This document shows positions 37,745 to 47,520 of a stretch of 64,000 nucleotides of DNA, piece after piece (positions within the stretch are counted from its first letter, which is position 1; each line of letters begins with the position of its first letter). The notes under the pieces were generated by a model. It did not search any database. It was not told where the DNA came from and saw only the letters and a program-made list of their open reading frames with translations. The stretch is from a virus. The translations under genes were made by a program, and so were the position numbers. Location: the IMG/VR virus record IMGVR_UViG_3300025727_000603, positions 15,311 through 79,310 of that record; one strand, 5' to 3'.

Positions 37745-37963
37745 ATGAGTACAATAGATTATATAAAGGTAGGAACAGCTACACAGAATATCCAACTTAC
37801 ATCTACTATTAACAATTCAGGTAGATTGGATACTTTAAATGATGTAGATATAACAGAAAAGATAGATGGGTCCGTTATTGTATGGGACGAACAATCAAAT
37901 AGATATAAAGTAAAACCAAAATTAGAACATTCTAATTTATTCATTATAGGTGGAACGTTTTAG
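37745..37963 (+). CDS. Small fibre-associated protein
   Basis: LDTLNDVDITEKIDGSVIVWD fibre repeat; ends IGGTF. Confidence 0.65.
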   Translation: MSTIDYIKVGTATQNIQLTSTINNSGRLDTLNDVDITEKIDGSVIVWDEQSNRYKVKPKLEHSNLFIIGGTF

Positions 37964-38034
37964 TCTTATATAAGACAGATAACCCTACCGACAATAAAGC
38001 AAATATAAATTAAATAGAATTAGGAGTTCTAACA

Positions 38035-40080
38035 ATGGCAACAGTAATAAAAATTAAACAATCTGGGAAACAGGCGGCCGCGGCTGAGGATTTAGCACAA
38101 GGTGAATTAGGATACACTTTTGGGGAGGCAACGGTAGTTGCAAGCGAGCTCCAATCAGCTGCTCCTGGTGGCTCTAGATTATATATAGGTTATGGCGATA
38201 CCAATGCCGAGAATTTAGTTATTGGTGGGTCATATTTTACCAATATGCTCGACCATGTTCATGGTGAATTAATCCTAAATTCAGCAATTATAGTAGATGG
38301 AAATAAAAAAATTAATGAGTTAAATGTAGATAATATTACATTAGATGGGAATGCAATATCTATTACAGATACTAATGGTGATTTAACATTAGGTGCAAAT
38401 GGTACCGGTAAGATTAAATTTATATCAGATCAGGAATTTGCTGGTGATTTAGAGATTGGTAACACAACAACAATCCAACATCTTAAAGTATATGGCTCGG
38501 CAATAGTTGATAATCTTAAGATCGATGGTAATACAATAAATGCAGAAGGTGGTCTTTTTGACCAAACTGCTAATCAATCTATTACTATAACACCTAAAGG
38601 TGCTGGTGATGTTGAACTTGGAACATCAGGAGCAGGTGTTCTTCGAATTCCTGCAGGCCCTACTCTTACTAGAAAAGAAGCATCATCTGCAACAGTTAGT
38701 GATACTGAAGCAATGACTGGTTCTATGAGATACAATACAAGTACTCATAGATTTGAAGGTATAGTTAATGGTAGTTGGACTGGTCTTGGTGGTGTAATAG
38801 ATAATGACCAAGATACATATATCACCGCAGAAGAAGATAATGCAGGAGATTCTACAGGAAATCCAAGTCACGTTATAGTTGATGATACACTAAGATTCTT
38901 TATAGCTAATACTGAAGAAATGAGACTTAACTCAACTGAACTTCAAGTTGATGTAATTAATGGTAGGACTGCACAAGCATCAAGTGGTCAAGTTAAAGTA
39001 GATACTAACTTATTAGTATCAGGTGATCTAACCGTAGAGGGAACTACTACTACTGTAGAATCTACTGTTGTAACTATAGCTGATCCTGTAATGCATCTCG
39101 GTGAAGGTTCATTAGTAGCCAATGATGGTCTTGATCGTGGGGTTAGTTTTGATTATGGTAATGGTACTGCAGTCAAAACTGGTTTCTTTGGTTTTGATAT
39201 CCAGACTTCAAAGTTTGTATTTAAACCCGATACTTCGGTTGCAACGGCACCTGTTGCAGTGACTGTTACTGCAAGTACAAGAGTACCAACACTTGTAGAT
39301 TGGACACAAAGAGCCTACTCAGGTATTACAGAGGTACAGTACAATAATGGTTCAGGGGCATCTATTGCAATAGCTGAGTATACATACACTCCTGAAGACT
39401 TTAGTTCCACTTGGGGTGATGTTGCTTTTGGTAATATGGCACTATCTGCATCCGCTACAATTGGAACATCTGCAACAATTGGAACAACTTTAGGTGTTAC
39501 TGGAGCAACTACATTAACTGGTCTATTAACAGCGAATGGTGGTATCACATGTGATTCTGGTGTATTTTCTGTCGCGGATACTACTGGTGATGTAGTAACT
39601 ACAGGCACATTAACTGCTAGTGGACTATCTACACTTAATGGTGGTATAGTCGTTGATACTGATAAGTTTACTGTCGCGGATACTACTGGTGATGTAGTAA
39701 CCAAAGGTACATTAGATGTTACCGAAGCATCTAGTTTTAATAAAAAAACAGGCCTTGTAACTGTTGCTACACAGAATGACAACAAAGTAACCATAGGAAC
39801 CGAACCTGAATTATGGAATGGTTCTGACTCAGCTGTGTATAATGCATACTCAGAGGGAGTTGTTGTTAAACATGCAACTAAATATTATAGATATAAAGCT
39901 GCTTCTGAGTACATAAATATGAATCCTGCCAATACACCACCTGGCGATACCTCTACGGCCGTAGACCTCAATGCATGGGCAGAGATTAATTATAAGGCAC
40001 CAATGGTTATAGATTTTGCAGGTAGGATGACAGATGGTGTTATAACAGGAGCTACTATCATTGATTGTGGATCATTCTAA
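38035..40080 (+). CDS. Tail fibre, proximal-type (Mtd-N-like N-terminus)
   Basis: MATVIKIK..LAQGELGY..RLYIG; beta-repeat segments (NVDNITLDGNAIS, MRYNTSTHRFEG, GDLTVEGTTTTV); ends IDCGSF; AGGAG RBS. Confidence 0.8.
   Translation: MATVIKIKQSGKQAAAAEDLAQGELGYTFGEATVVASELQSAAPGGSRLYIGYGDTNAENLVIGGSYFTNMLDHVHGELILNSAIIVDGNKKINELNVDNITLDGNAISITDTNGDLTLGANGTGKIKFISDQEFAGDLEIGNTTTIQHLKVYGSAIVDNLKIDGNTINAEGGLFDQTANQSITITPKGAGDVELGTSGAGVLRIPAGPTLTRKEASSATVSDTEAMTGSMRYNTSTHRFEGIVNGSWTGLGGVIDNDQDTYITAEEDNAGDSTGNPSHVIVDDTLRFFIANTEEMRLNSTELQVDVINGRTAQASSGQVKVDTNLLVSGDLTVEGTTTTVESTVVTIADPVMHLGEGSLVANDGLDRGVSFDYGNGTAVKTGFFGFDIQTSKFVFKPDTSVATAPVAVTVTASTRVPTLVDWTQRAYSGITEVQYNNGSGASIAIAEYTYTPEDFSSTWGDVAFGNMALSASATIGTSATIGTTLGVTGATTLTGLLTANGGITCDSGVFSVADTTGDVVTTGTLTASGLSTLNGGIVVDTDKFTVADTTGDVVTKGTLDVTEASSFNKKTGLVTVATQNDNKVTIGTEPELWNGSDSAVYNAYSEGVVVKHATKYYRYKAASEYINMNPANTPPGDTSTAVDLNAWAEINYKAPMVIDFAGRMTDGVITGATIIDCGSF
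39569..39701 (+). repeat. Exact 31-bp direct repeat within the fibre gene (39569-39599, 39671-39701; period 102 nt)
   Basis: ctgtcgcggatactactggtgatgtagtaac occurs twice, encoding VADTTGDVVT. Confidence 0.9.
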
Positions 40081-40129
40081 AACAACTAAATAAGAGTATA
40101 TTAAATAATATATAAAGAGACCCATATAT

Positions 40130-42592
40130 ATGGCTACTAGATTAAAAATAAAACAAACTGCTGTACCAGGTAAGAAACCTGTTGCTTCCCCATCAACTGA
40201 TTCTGCCTACATAGAGCAGGGTGAGTTGGCATTAAACACAGCCGATAAAAAACTCTGGACAAATGATGGTTCTGCAATAGTTGAATTAACTACTAACGAT
40301 ATAGCATCAATTCTGTTTCCAGGATTAATTAAAATAGGATTTACGGAGAATGGTAGGGATTATCCACTTGAATTAGATAGTTCTAATAAGGCTTATGTTA
40401 ATGTACCTTGGACTGATACAGATACTCTTGCAGGTTTAACAGATACTGATACTGCTGGAGCCGTTAATGATTCTATTCTTAAATATGATAGTAGTACATC
40501 TAAATGGGAAATTGCTGAAAATACTATTGACCTTTTAGAAGATACTGATACTACTGGAATCAATCACAACGCTATTCTTAAATATGATATTATTGCTGGG
40601 AAATGGGTTATTGGAACTAATGCTACAGCAGGTGCTACATCATCAGCCATATTACCAGTTGCTTATGCTAGATTATTTACAACATATTCTGGTACAGGAA
40701 CAGGTATAAATTGGAGTGCCTATAATTCTAGTAACGGACAAATTCAATTTTATTTTAATACTGTACAACCAGATTTCAATTACTCTGTAGTTACAGATTC
40801 AGAAGGATATGATAACTTACAAATACAAACTATTAATAAAACTACTACTGGGTTTAAAATAGTATCAGCTGATGCATCAGGTTCATATGTACCACCATCA
40901 ACATTTCCATTTTCATTAATTGTATATCCAAGTAACCCATTACAAACTATAACGTCAGATTCATATACCGGTTCCGGATTAATTTCTATATCTGGTTCCG
41001 GTGCTATATCAACTACTGCTGAAACTAATGTTCAATCTGATTGGACTGCTACTTCTGGTGATGCAGCTATTCTGAATAAACCCACTGACTTTTCCACTGG
41101 TACCAGTGGATTTGTAGCGGGCCCATCTACTGCTGATGAGTCAGCTGGTAGAATATTAGATGCTAATAATACCTGGGTAGATAAACCAACTAACGGTACT
41201 GACGGTAATGGTATTACAGGATCTAGTTATAATGCAAGTGACGGTAAGGTTACACTAACATTTGATACTACAGCTGATTTTACTACTGGTGATTTAAGAC
41301 GTCCTGTAGGTGCTATAGCTTCTGGCTCTAATGATATTGTATCATCAGGTACATTACACGCCGAGTTTTTGGGATACGCTACATCGTCTCATGGTATACA
41401 TGTACCTAGTTCTACAACTCAAGGTGATGTATTAACTGCTGGAGCTACTGCCGGAGCATTAACATGGGCAGCTCCTTCTTCCTCCTCTGTTGAAATATCT
41501 GATGATGTACCAATTTCTCCAAGTGCTGGGGATCTTTGGATTGATTCTGCATCGATGAGTTTAAATGCTTATTATGCTGATGGTACTTCATCACAATGGG
41601 TAGGAATATCCGGTTCAAGTGGTGGTGGCAGCGGTGGTTTCAATGGAGTTATGGATGATCATATGATACCAACTACCAATGATACATATGATATTGGTTC
41701 TGCAGAATACAAGATAAGAGATCTTTATGTATCAGATAACTCTCTTTGGATTGGTGACGATCATAAGGTGAGTGTCGAAGGTGGGAAACAAAAGAATAAG
41801 AAGCGGAAGCAGGGTAAGACCCCCAAGAAAGTATTTGATGCTTTAATTGGTGACGCCCCTAAACCATTTCCTACTGAAGCTGATTTAAAGGCTAAGTTTA
41901 AAATAGATATACATGACCCTGCACCAGATCCTACAGTAGATCCTGATCACGTAGATTTTCAACCATTAACGCATCAATGGTTACATTTTGCTATAATTAA
42001 TGGAATGGCAGGGGCTATTACCCCAGAAAATATATTTGATAATACTGATGATTTTGCAGATGATTCTGATACTACGACATCAACAACTGGCCCGCTCACC
42101 ACATCAAACCCAGGGAGTGTAGGACACTTCTGGATTAACTCAACATCTGGTGAGGCATACGTTTGTACTGATGCTTCTACGGATGCGAATGTTTGGACGG
42201 GTATTAGTGCCGATCTTAGCAACTATGTTTCAACATCTTCACCCGCTTTTAATGCAAGGCTAAATGGTAATGGGAACGACTATTACAATTTTCATCCGCG
42301 AGTCTATAACGCTTACCCGACAACCGGTCAAGTACATTCATTAAATTTTCTATATCCCCAATATAGGCTAATATTTAGCGGCGATGCTACATTGACTTAT
42401 ACCGCTAGTATATTTGGCTCAACAATGATGTTGATGCTAAAACCCAATGGACATACAATTACTTGGTCAGGCAGCGCATTTAAATGGGCCGGGGGTACGG
42501 AACCGACATGGTCGGAGCATACCTGGTGGTTGATTGGTTTGACGTATGTCGATTCCGGTTATGTTTTTTGTAGTCCGACAGGTGCGACGTGA
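40130..42592 (+). CDS. Mosaic tail fibre protein (820 aa)
   Basis: Mtd-N-like MATRLKIK..QGELALNTADKKLW; tandem LxDTDTxGxxxxxILKYD repeats; NVQSDW..ILNKP; PSAGDLW; C-terminal KWAGGTEPTW. Confidence 0.8.
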   Translation: MATRLKIKQTAVPGKKPVASPSTDSAYIEQGELALNTADKKLWTNDGSAIVELTTNDIASILFPGLIKIGFTENGRDYPLELDSSNKAYVNVPWTDTDTLAGLTDTDTAGAVNDSILKYDSSTSKWEIAENTIDLLEDTDTTGINHNAILKYDIIAGKWVIGTNATAGATSSAILPVAYARLFTTYSGTGTGINWSAYNSSNGQIQFYFNTVQPDFNYSVVTDSEGYDNLQIQTINKTTTGFKIVSADASGSYVPPSTFPFSLIVYPSNPLQTITSDSYTGSGLISISGSGAISTTAETNVQSDWTATSGDAAILNKPTDFSTGTSGFVAGPSTADESAGRILDANNTWVDKPTNGTDGNGITGSSYNASDGKVTLTFDTTADFTTGDLRRPVGAIASGSNDIVSSGTLHAEFLGYATSSHGIHVPSSTTQGDVLTAGATAGALTWAAPSSSSVEISDDVPISPSAGDLWIDSASMSLNAYYADGTSSQWVGISGSSGGGSGGFNGVMDDHMIPTTNDTYDIGSAEYKIRDLYVSDNSLWIGDDHKVSVEGGKQKNKKRKQGKTPKKVFDALIGDAPKPFPTEADLKAKFKIDIHDPAPDPTVDPDHVDFQPLTHQWLHFAIINGMAGAITPENIFDNTDDFADDSDTTTSTTGPLTTSNPGSVGHFWINSTSGEAYVCTDASTDANVWTGISADLSNYVSTSSPAFNARLNGNGNDYYNFHPRVYNAYPTTGQVHSLNFLYPQYRLIFSGDATLTYTASIFGSTMMLMLKPNGHTITWSGSAFKWAGGTEPTWSEHTWWLIGLTYVDSGYVFCSPTGAT

Positions 42593-43545
42593 GTTTGCCG
42601 CATACTTTCTACGCGGCGACTTTTGCGGGTGCATTGCCGGCCCCAGAGGGGTCCACATGTGAATTCTCTAACACATTCACTAATGCAGGACAAATAGGTA
42701 GGACTGGACCTTCTCAAAGTCAAATTAATCAAGCATATTCAGATGTAACTGTTACTAATGGTATTCAAGAATGGATAGTTCCTTGCACCTCTACCTATAG
42801 TATCACTGTAGCTGGAGCATCAGCTGACGGGACGAGAAAAGGACTAGGGGCGATTATAAAAGGGGAGTTTTATCTTACAGAAGGGGATACTATAAAAATA
42901 ATTGTTGGCCAACAAGGTACTCTAGAGGGAGAACCACAGCACAATGACATGTCTAGTTCTGGAGGAGGAGGTAGTTTTGTGTGGAATTCAAATATTGGAA
43001 CCCCCTCAAGTTCAAATACCCCTCTGATAGCAGCTGGTGGAGGAGGAGGAGGAAGTGGCATCGTCGGAAACCACACCGGAACAAACGCTTCATACTCTAC
43101 ATCTGGTGCCCTTGGAACAGGTGGCTGTCCTGGAAGTGGAGGTACAAGTGGAGGGGCTGGAGCTCCAGGAGGTTGTGATGGTAATTGGTGGGATGGAACA
43201 GGTGGAGCAGGTTGGCATCAAGACTCTGTAACCTCTGGACAAAATTCTGGACTAGGAGCTCCCCCAGTTTCAGTTGCAAATGGTGCGGTAGGTGGACTTG
43301 GGCATTATCAGTCGACTGTCGAAGGTGTTGGTGGCTTTGGATGCGGTGCAGGAGCTACCGGAGATGGTATTTGGGGTGTTGGTGGCGGTGGCGGTGGCTA
43401 CTCAGGCGGTGGCGGTGGCGGTAATACTGGTACTGATAGTGATAGAGGAAGTGGTGGCGGTGGCGGTTCATATAACAACGGTCAAAATACCACCACTCTT
43501 GGTTATCAGACTGGTCATGGCTACGTCATAATCGAAACTCTTTAG
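42589..43545 (+). CDS. Glycine-rich adhesin-like protein (ALK/LTK-like Gly-rich domain)
   Basis: FTNAGQIGRTGP..GIQEWIVP..YSITVAGA..IIVGQQG..GGGGSFV..PLIAAGGGGG..GGGGGYSGGGGG..GGGGGSYN..GHGYVII. Confidence 0.8.
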   Translation: MSLPHTFYAATFAGALPAPEGSTCEFSNTFTNAGQIGRTGPSQSQINQAYSDVTVTNGIQEWIVPCTSTYSITVAGASADGTRKGLGAIIKGEFYLTEGDTIKIIVGQQGTLEGEPQHNDMSSSGGGGSFVWNSNIGTPSSSNTPLIAAGGGGGGSGIVGNHTGTNASYSTSGALGTGGCPGSGGTSGGAGAPGGCDGNWWDGTGGAGWHQDSVTSGQNSGLGAPPVSVANGAVGGLGHYQSTVEGVGGFGCGAGATGDGIWGVGGGGGGYSGGGGGGNTGTDSDRGSGGGGGSYNNGQNTTTLGYQTGHGYVIIETL

Positions 43546-43546
43546 C

Positions 43547-43612
43547 TTAGATGATAATAAATATATGTGGAACGAAGAAACTAGTAACTGGCACTTAACA
43601 GAGGTTGAATAA
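43547..43612 (+). pseudogene. Orphan 3' gene fragment (LDDNKYMWNEETSNWHLTEVE*)
   Basis: Short open frame in the intergenic gap resembling the YxWNEETxxW C-terminus of small fibre-cassette proteins; no RBS-supported start. Confidence 0.55.
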
Positions 43613-43614
43613 GA

Positions 43615-44976
43615 ATGGCGATTAATTTTCCAAGTAGTAATTTATATAACGGGTACACCCATGTAGTAGGGGATGTAACATTTACCTACAATTCAACTAA
43701 AACCTTATGGGAACCATCGACGGCTGCTGCAACTATTCATGATACTCCAGTTGATGGTTCTAGTACAATCGCCATTTCTTCAAATTGGGCATTTGATTCT
43801 GTAAAAACGAATGTACCTACAGGTGCATTGTTTACAGATACTACAGGATCATCAGTTGATATTGATGATAACCCACCAACTTCTCCAAGCGCTGGGGATC
43901 TTTGGATTAATTCAACATCGATGAAGTTGAGTGTATATTATGATGATGGGGGTTCATTACAATGGGTTGAAACTAATACTGCTGGATCTAACAATTATGT
44001 TGATGGAGTATCACTAGTAGGGGGATCGACTCTAACCTTAACTAGATCCGGTACACTAGGAGATCTAACTACAGATTTATCATCTTTGTCTGGGCTTGAA
44101 GGTATGGTGACGGATGCTACATTTGTTGGTAGAGATTTAACATTACTTAGAAGTGGAGGTGTGGGTAACTTAACAGTTAATATACCAGCAGCTACAAATA
44201 CATCTGCTATAAACGAGGTTGAATATATAGTAGGTACAGCGTCTGGAAATTATGATGGTATCAGTACAAGTGCATTTCCAATGGCATATGATCCGACAGA
44301 GGATACTTTAACACTTTACATAAATGGTGTAAAACAGGCAGCGTCCACATATACAGCTGTATTGGGTACCGGCACCGCCAATAATATAAATCTTACCGTA
44401 GGCAATGAAGCCAGTGCTACTGATGAGGTAACAATTGTTGTAGTATCCACATTATTTGTTAATGAACAAATAGTTGGCAAGTCTGGGAATAATGGTCAAG
44501 CATTTATACCAGCAGGAACTACAGCACAAAGAACAACGCATACGACAGCCCAGGGAGGGATGACTGGTCATTTAAGATTTAACACGGATAACATCAATCT
44601 AGAGGTTTACGATCAGTATGGGTGGTGGCGTCAGATATTACAATCTGGCACTAATTTTGAGTATGAGAAAATTCATCCAAAATCAGTAACAATGACAAAT
44701 ACTACTATTGATTTGGATAATAATAATATATTTAAGGTATTAACAGGTACTACATCTTTTGGTTTTACCAATTATACTAGTGCTGGTAGAACTACAATAC
44801 TCCATATAGATAGAACTACCTCAGGATATACTTTTAATTGGCCAGGAGTAGTAAGATGGATAGGCGGGACAGAACCTACATGGACGGATCATAGAGATTG
44901 GATTATTAATATGTTTTGTTCCGGAGCTAATGCATCTAATTATGTATTCTGTTCAGCTACAGGATATAATAGATGA
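43615..44976 (+). CDS. Tail fibre protein (453 aa)
   Basis: MAINFPS...TFTYNSTKTLW N-terminus; PSAGDLW..YYDDG..QWV; IPAGTTAQR..LRFNTD; C-terminal RWIGGTEPTW. Confidence 0.78.
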   Translation: MAINFPSSNLYNGYTHVVGDVTFTYNSTKTLWEPSTAAATIHDTPVDGSSTIAISSNWAFDSVKTNVPTGALFTDTTGSSVDIDDNPPTSPSAGDLWINSTSMKLSVYYDDGGSLQWVETNTAGSNNYVDGVSLVGGSTLTLTRSGTLGDLTTDLSSLSGLEGMVTDATFVGRDLTLLRSGGVGNLTVNIPAATNTSAINEVEYIVGTASGNYDGISTSAFPMAYDPTEDTLTLYINGVKQAASTYTAVLGTGTANNINLTVGNEASATDEVTIVVVSTLFVNEQIVGKSGNNGQAFIPAGTTAQRTTHTTAQGGMTGHLRFNTDNINLEVYDQYGWWRQILQSGTNFEYEKIHPKSVTMTNTTIDLDNNNIFKVLTGTTSFGFTNYTSAGRTTILHIDRTTSGYTFNWPGVVRWIGGTEPTWTDHRDWIINMFCSGANASNYVFCSATGYNR

Positions 44977-45818
44977 GTTTACCTCATACTTTTCTTAATG
45001 CTCGAGGAATGCCTGCTGCTGGTGGTGGTGGGTTGGCACCTGTATTTACTTATTCAGCATCTTATTTACCGTCACCTCTTAGCACTTCAATAAGCTCATT
45101 AACAACGTGGAATTATACGTTTACTAATGTTCCATCAGTTACGACAGCAGGAAAGAGGTATATTATTGTAGTTACTGGTAACCGCGACTGGAATGGTAAT
45201 AGCTATAATACATATAGTCAGCAGTTCTTAACTACATCAAGTGGTAGTATTGTAGTAAATGATGGAAGTGGTAACACTATGTCGATGACAAAAGCCAACA
45301 ATAGTAGTCTAATTGAGGGTCATAGTGCTTATAATGCAACAGTTATTTCTGGTGGATTTGTTGATGCAGCCGGTAATATTACAGTTACGTTTAATAGAGC
45401 AGCAGGTCAGGTTAGTGGTGGTGGTGATCAGTATACATCAATATTTGTTTTTGATGATATTACAACTATATCATATATAGCAAATAATATCGTTAATTCC
45501 AACACCTCGGGTGATAATTCCCAGACTTTAAATGTGACTGCAAATAATAGTACTAATGCTTCAGCTGTATTTAGAGTGGTAGGAGGTAACAGCAGTAATA
45601 GCGGTAATGCGTTTCCAGTTTATATGAAAGCTACCTCTGAGCCAGCTTATACAAAGCTTTTTGATGGTATGAACGGGACTTCGGAAAATTTTGGAGTGTA
45701 TTACTATTGGAATGGTACACATGGAACACAAGTTAATTTAGACGGTCAAATAACATTAACAACAACACCAGCTAATAACGGGCTTGCTGGCGCTGCGGCT
45801 ATATTCGGATTTGAATAA
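44973..45818 (+). CDS. Putative fibre-tip adhesin (281 aa)
   Basis: Starts MSLPHTF like the 42589 gene; Ser/Thr/Asn/Gly beta-rich body; ATGA overlap with the fibre. Confidence 0.6.
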   Translation: MSLPHTFLNARGMPAAGGGGLAPVFTYSASYLPSPLSTSISSLTTWNYTFTNVPSVTTAGKRYIIVVTGNRDWNGNSYNTYSQQFLTTSSGSIVVNDGSGNTMSMTKANNSSLIEGHSAYNATVISGGFVDAAGNITVTFNRAAGQVSGGGDQYTSIFVFDDITTISYIANNIVNSNTSGDNSQTLNVTANNSTNASAVFRVVGGNSSNSGNAFPVYMKATSEPAYTKLFDGMNGTSENFGVYYYWNGTHGTQVNLDGQITLTTTPANNGLAGAAAIFGFE

Positions 45819-45847
45819 AAAGATAAATACAAAAGGATAATAACACT

Positions 45848-46477
45848 ATGGCAATAAATTTTCCAAATGCACCTACTCATGGACAATCATTCGCAGGTGA
45901 TGATGATACTTGGATATGGGATAGTATAAATTCCAAATGGGGTCTTCAAGATTCTGGGCAGGTACATTATACGGCCGGAAACGGTATAGTATTAGTAGGT
46001 ACTGCCCTTTCTGCTAATGTTGGTACCTCACCTTTACAGATAATTCAATTAGACAATAGTTCTAAACTACCAGCCGTTGATGGTTCACAATTAACAGGTA
46101 TTGCAACTGGTTATTCATATACTGGAGAGACTCCAGTCAATAATAATACTATATTAGCAGATTCAGATAACTCTTATTATCTTATAAATAATTATGAGGT
46201 TGTCGCTTTTACAATTACTATTGCTGCAGTAAGGGGAACTGCAGCTGCAGCTTGGAAAATTGAAGGATTGGCTAGACGAACTGACTATGTTAGTACTGTA
46301 ATAGTAAATTCTAACATAACAGTTATAAGCAACACTTGGGTTACGAATGACCCAAGTGTTACTATTACCGGTGGTAATGATGCTCCCAACTATATTCAAA
46401 TATTAGCGACAGGAAATTCAACTGGCTCTACTATTAAATGGGCAGCATCGATGTCGACAACCATAGTAAGCGCATAA
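45848..46477 (+). CDS. Short fibre-like protein (209 aa)
   Basis: MAINFPNAP..WIWD..W N-terminus; YTAGNGI; QLDNSSKLPAVDGSQLTGI motif; AAGGA RBS. Confidence 0.72.
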   Translation: MAINFPNAPTHGQSFAGDDDTWIWDSINSKWGLQDSGQVHYTAGNGIVLVGTALSANVGTSPLQIIQLDNSSKLPAVDGSQLTGIATGYSYTGETPVNNNTILADSDNSYYLINNYEVVAFTITIAAVRGTAAAAWKIEGLARRTDYVSTVIVNSNITVISNTWVTNDPSVTITGGNDAPNYIQILATGNSTGSTIKWAASMSTTIVSA

Positions 46478-46650
46478 TGTCTATTAAGATAGATCATTCT
46501 AATAATACTAACACTATATTATCTACAGGATCACCTGTAACTATGCCATCAGAGATGGCAACATATCGTCAAGTACTTAGAGACTTACCCGAAACTATAG
46601 ATATTAACAATCAAATATTTCCAGAAAATCCAATTACAAAGACTAGTTAA
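46477..46650 (+). pseudogene. Internally deleted fusion ORF ending in a tail-fibre-assembly chaperone C-terminus (57 aa)
   Basis: TAATG-coupled start MSIKIDH... joined to VTMPSEMATYRQVLRDLP..FPENP. Lacks the R..RN..L..D half seen in the intact 51580 chaperone. Confidence 0.55.
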
Positions 46651-46655
46651 AATAA

Positions 46656-46663
46656 TATAAATA
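46656..46663 (+). promoter_or_regulatory. T4-type late promoter TATAAATA
   Basis: Exact consensus, intergenic, 36 nt before ATG 46700. Confidence 0.8.
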
Positions 46664-46699
46664 CTAACATACACTTAAAGTACTTACTACGAGAATAAT

Positions 46700-47503
46700 A
46701 TGTCAAAATCAAGAGACTTAGCTAAAGTAATTAATTCGGATGGGGGAATAACTCTTCGCGGTAATACCCTATTTGAGTCGGATAATGCTTTTGATATAGG
46801 ATCGGCGGAATTTAAGGTTAGAGATTTATTTGTATCTGAAAATTCACTTTGGATAGGGGATGAACATAAATTATCCATTGACTCCACAACAAAGAAGTTT
46901 AAAACCCGTAAAAGAAAGAAGGGTAAAACTCCTAAAAAACTTAGAGATAGGTTAGTAGGGTCTGGTAAACAATTCAATACAGAAGCCGAAATGAAGGCTG
47001 ATTTTAAAAGTAGATATTTTACTGGCGTCTCAAATCAGAAAGATAAAAACAATCCAGATCATGCTGATTTTAATCCAAATACTAAAAAATGGGTTCGGTT
47101 TTTAAATGATCTTGAGATCAAAAAAGATGATGGATCAAATAAAGATTATGAAACTCCAGAAGATGTTATGGATGATGATGAGGATTTTGATGAGGATAGG
47201 GATGATGATAAAGTAGAATCAACACAAACTGCAACAACAGATACTCTTGGTTTAGTTAAGATTGGGTATACTGAATCGGGTAAGAATTATCCTGTTGAAC
47301 TGTCTTCTGAGCAAATGTACGTTAATGTACCTTGGACAGATACGCAAGTAACAGTAAATGATACATTAACATCTACATCCACATCAGAAGCTCTGAGTGC
47401 TAATCAAGGTAAAGAATTAAAAGCTTTAGTTGATGCTGCAGGTGGTAGTGGTAGTGGAGTTTCAACAGGAAAGGCGATTGCAATGGCAATTGTCTTTGGT
47501 TAA
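46700..47503 (+). CDS. Mosaic fibre-associated protein (267 aa)
   Basis: MSKSRDLA start; shares FDIGSAEFKVRDLFVSENSLWIGDEHK and GLVKIG..YVNVPWTDT modules with the 40130 gene; NDTLTSTSTSEALSANQGKEL repeat; ends STGKAIAMAIVFG. Confidence 0.72.
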   Translation: MSKSRDLAKVINSDGGITLRGNTLFESDNAFDIGSAEFKVRDLFVSENSLWIGDEHKLSIDSTTKKFKTRKRKKGKTPKKLRDRLVGSGKQFNTEAEMKADFKSRYFTGVSNQKDKNNPDHADFNPNTKKWVRFLNDLEIKKDDGSNKDYETPEDVMDDDEDFDEDRDDDKVESTQTATTDTLGLVKIGYTESGKNYPVELSSEQMYVNVPWTDTQVTVNDTLTSTSTSEALSANQGKELKALVDAAGGSGSGVSTGKAIAMAIVFG

Positions 47504-47520
47504 TAAATAGGAAAAAATAA

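Noticed and set aside
39569-40600. Direct repeats as CRISPR or regulatory arrays
   Set aside because: Only two copies each, in frame with periods of 102 and 99 nt, encoding fibre repeats.
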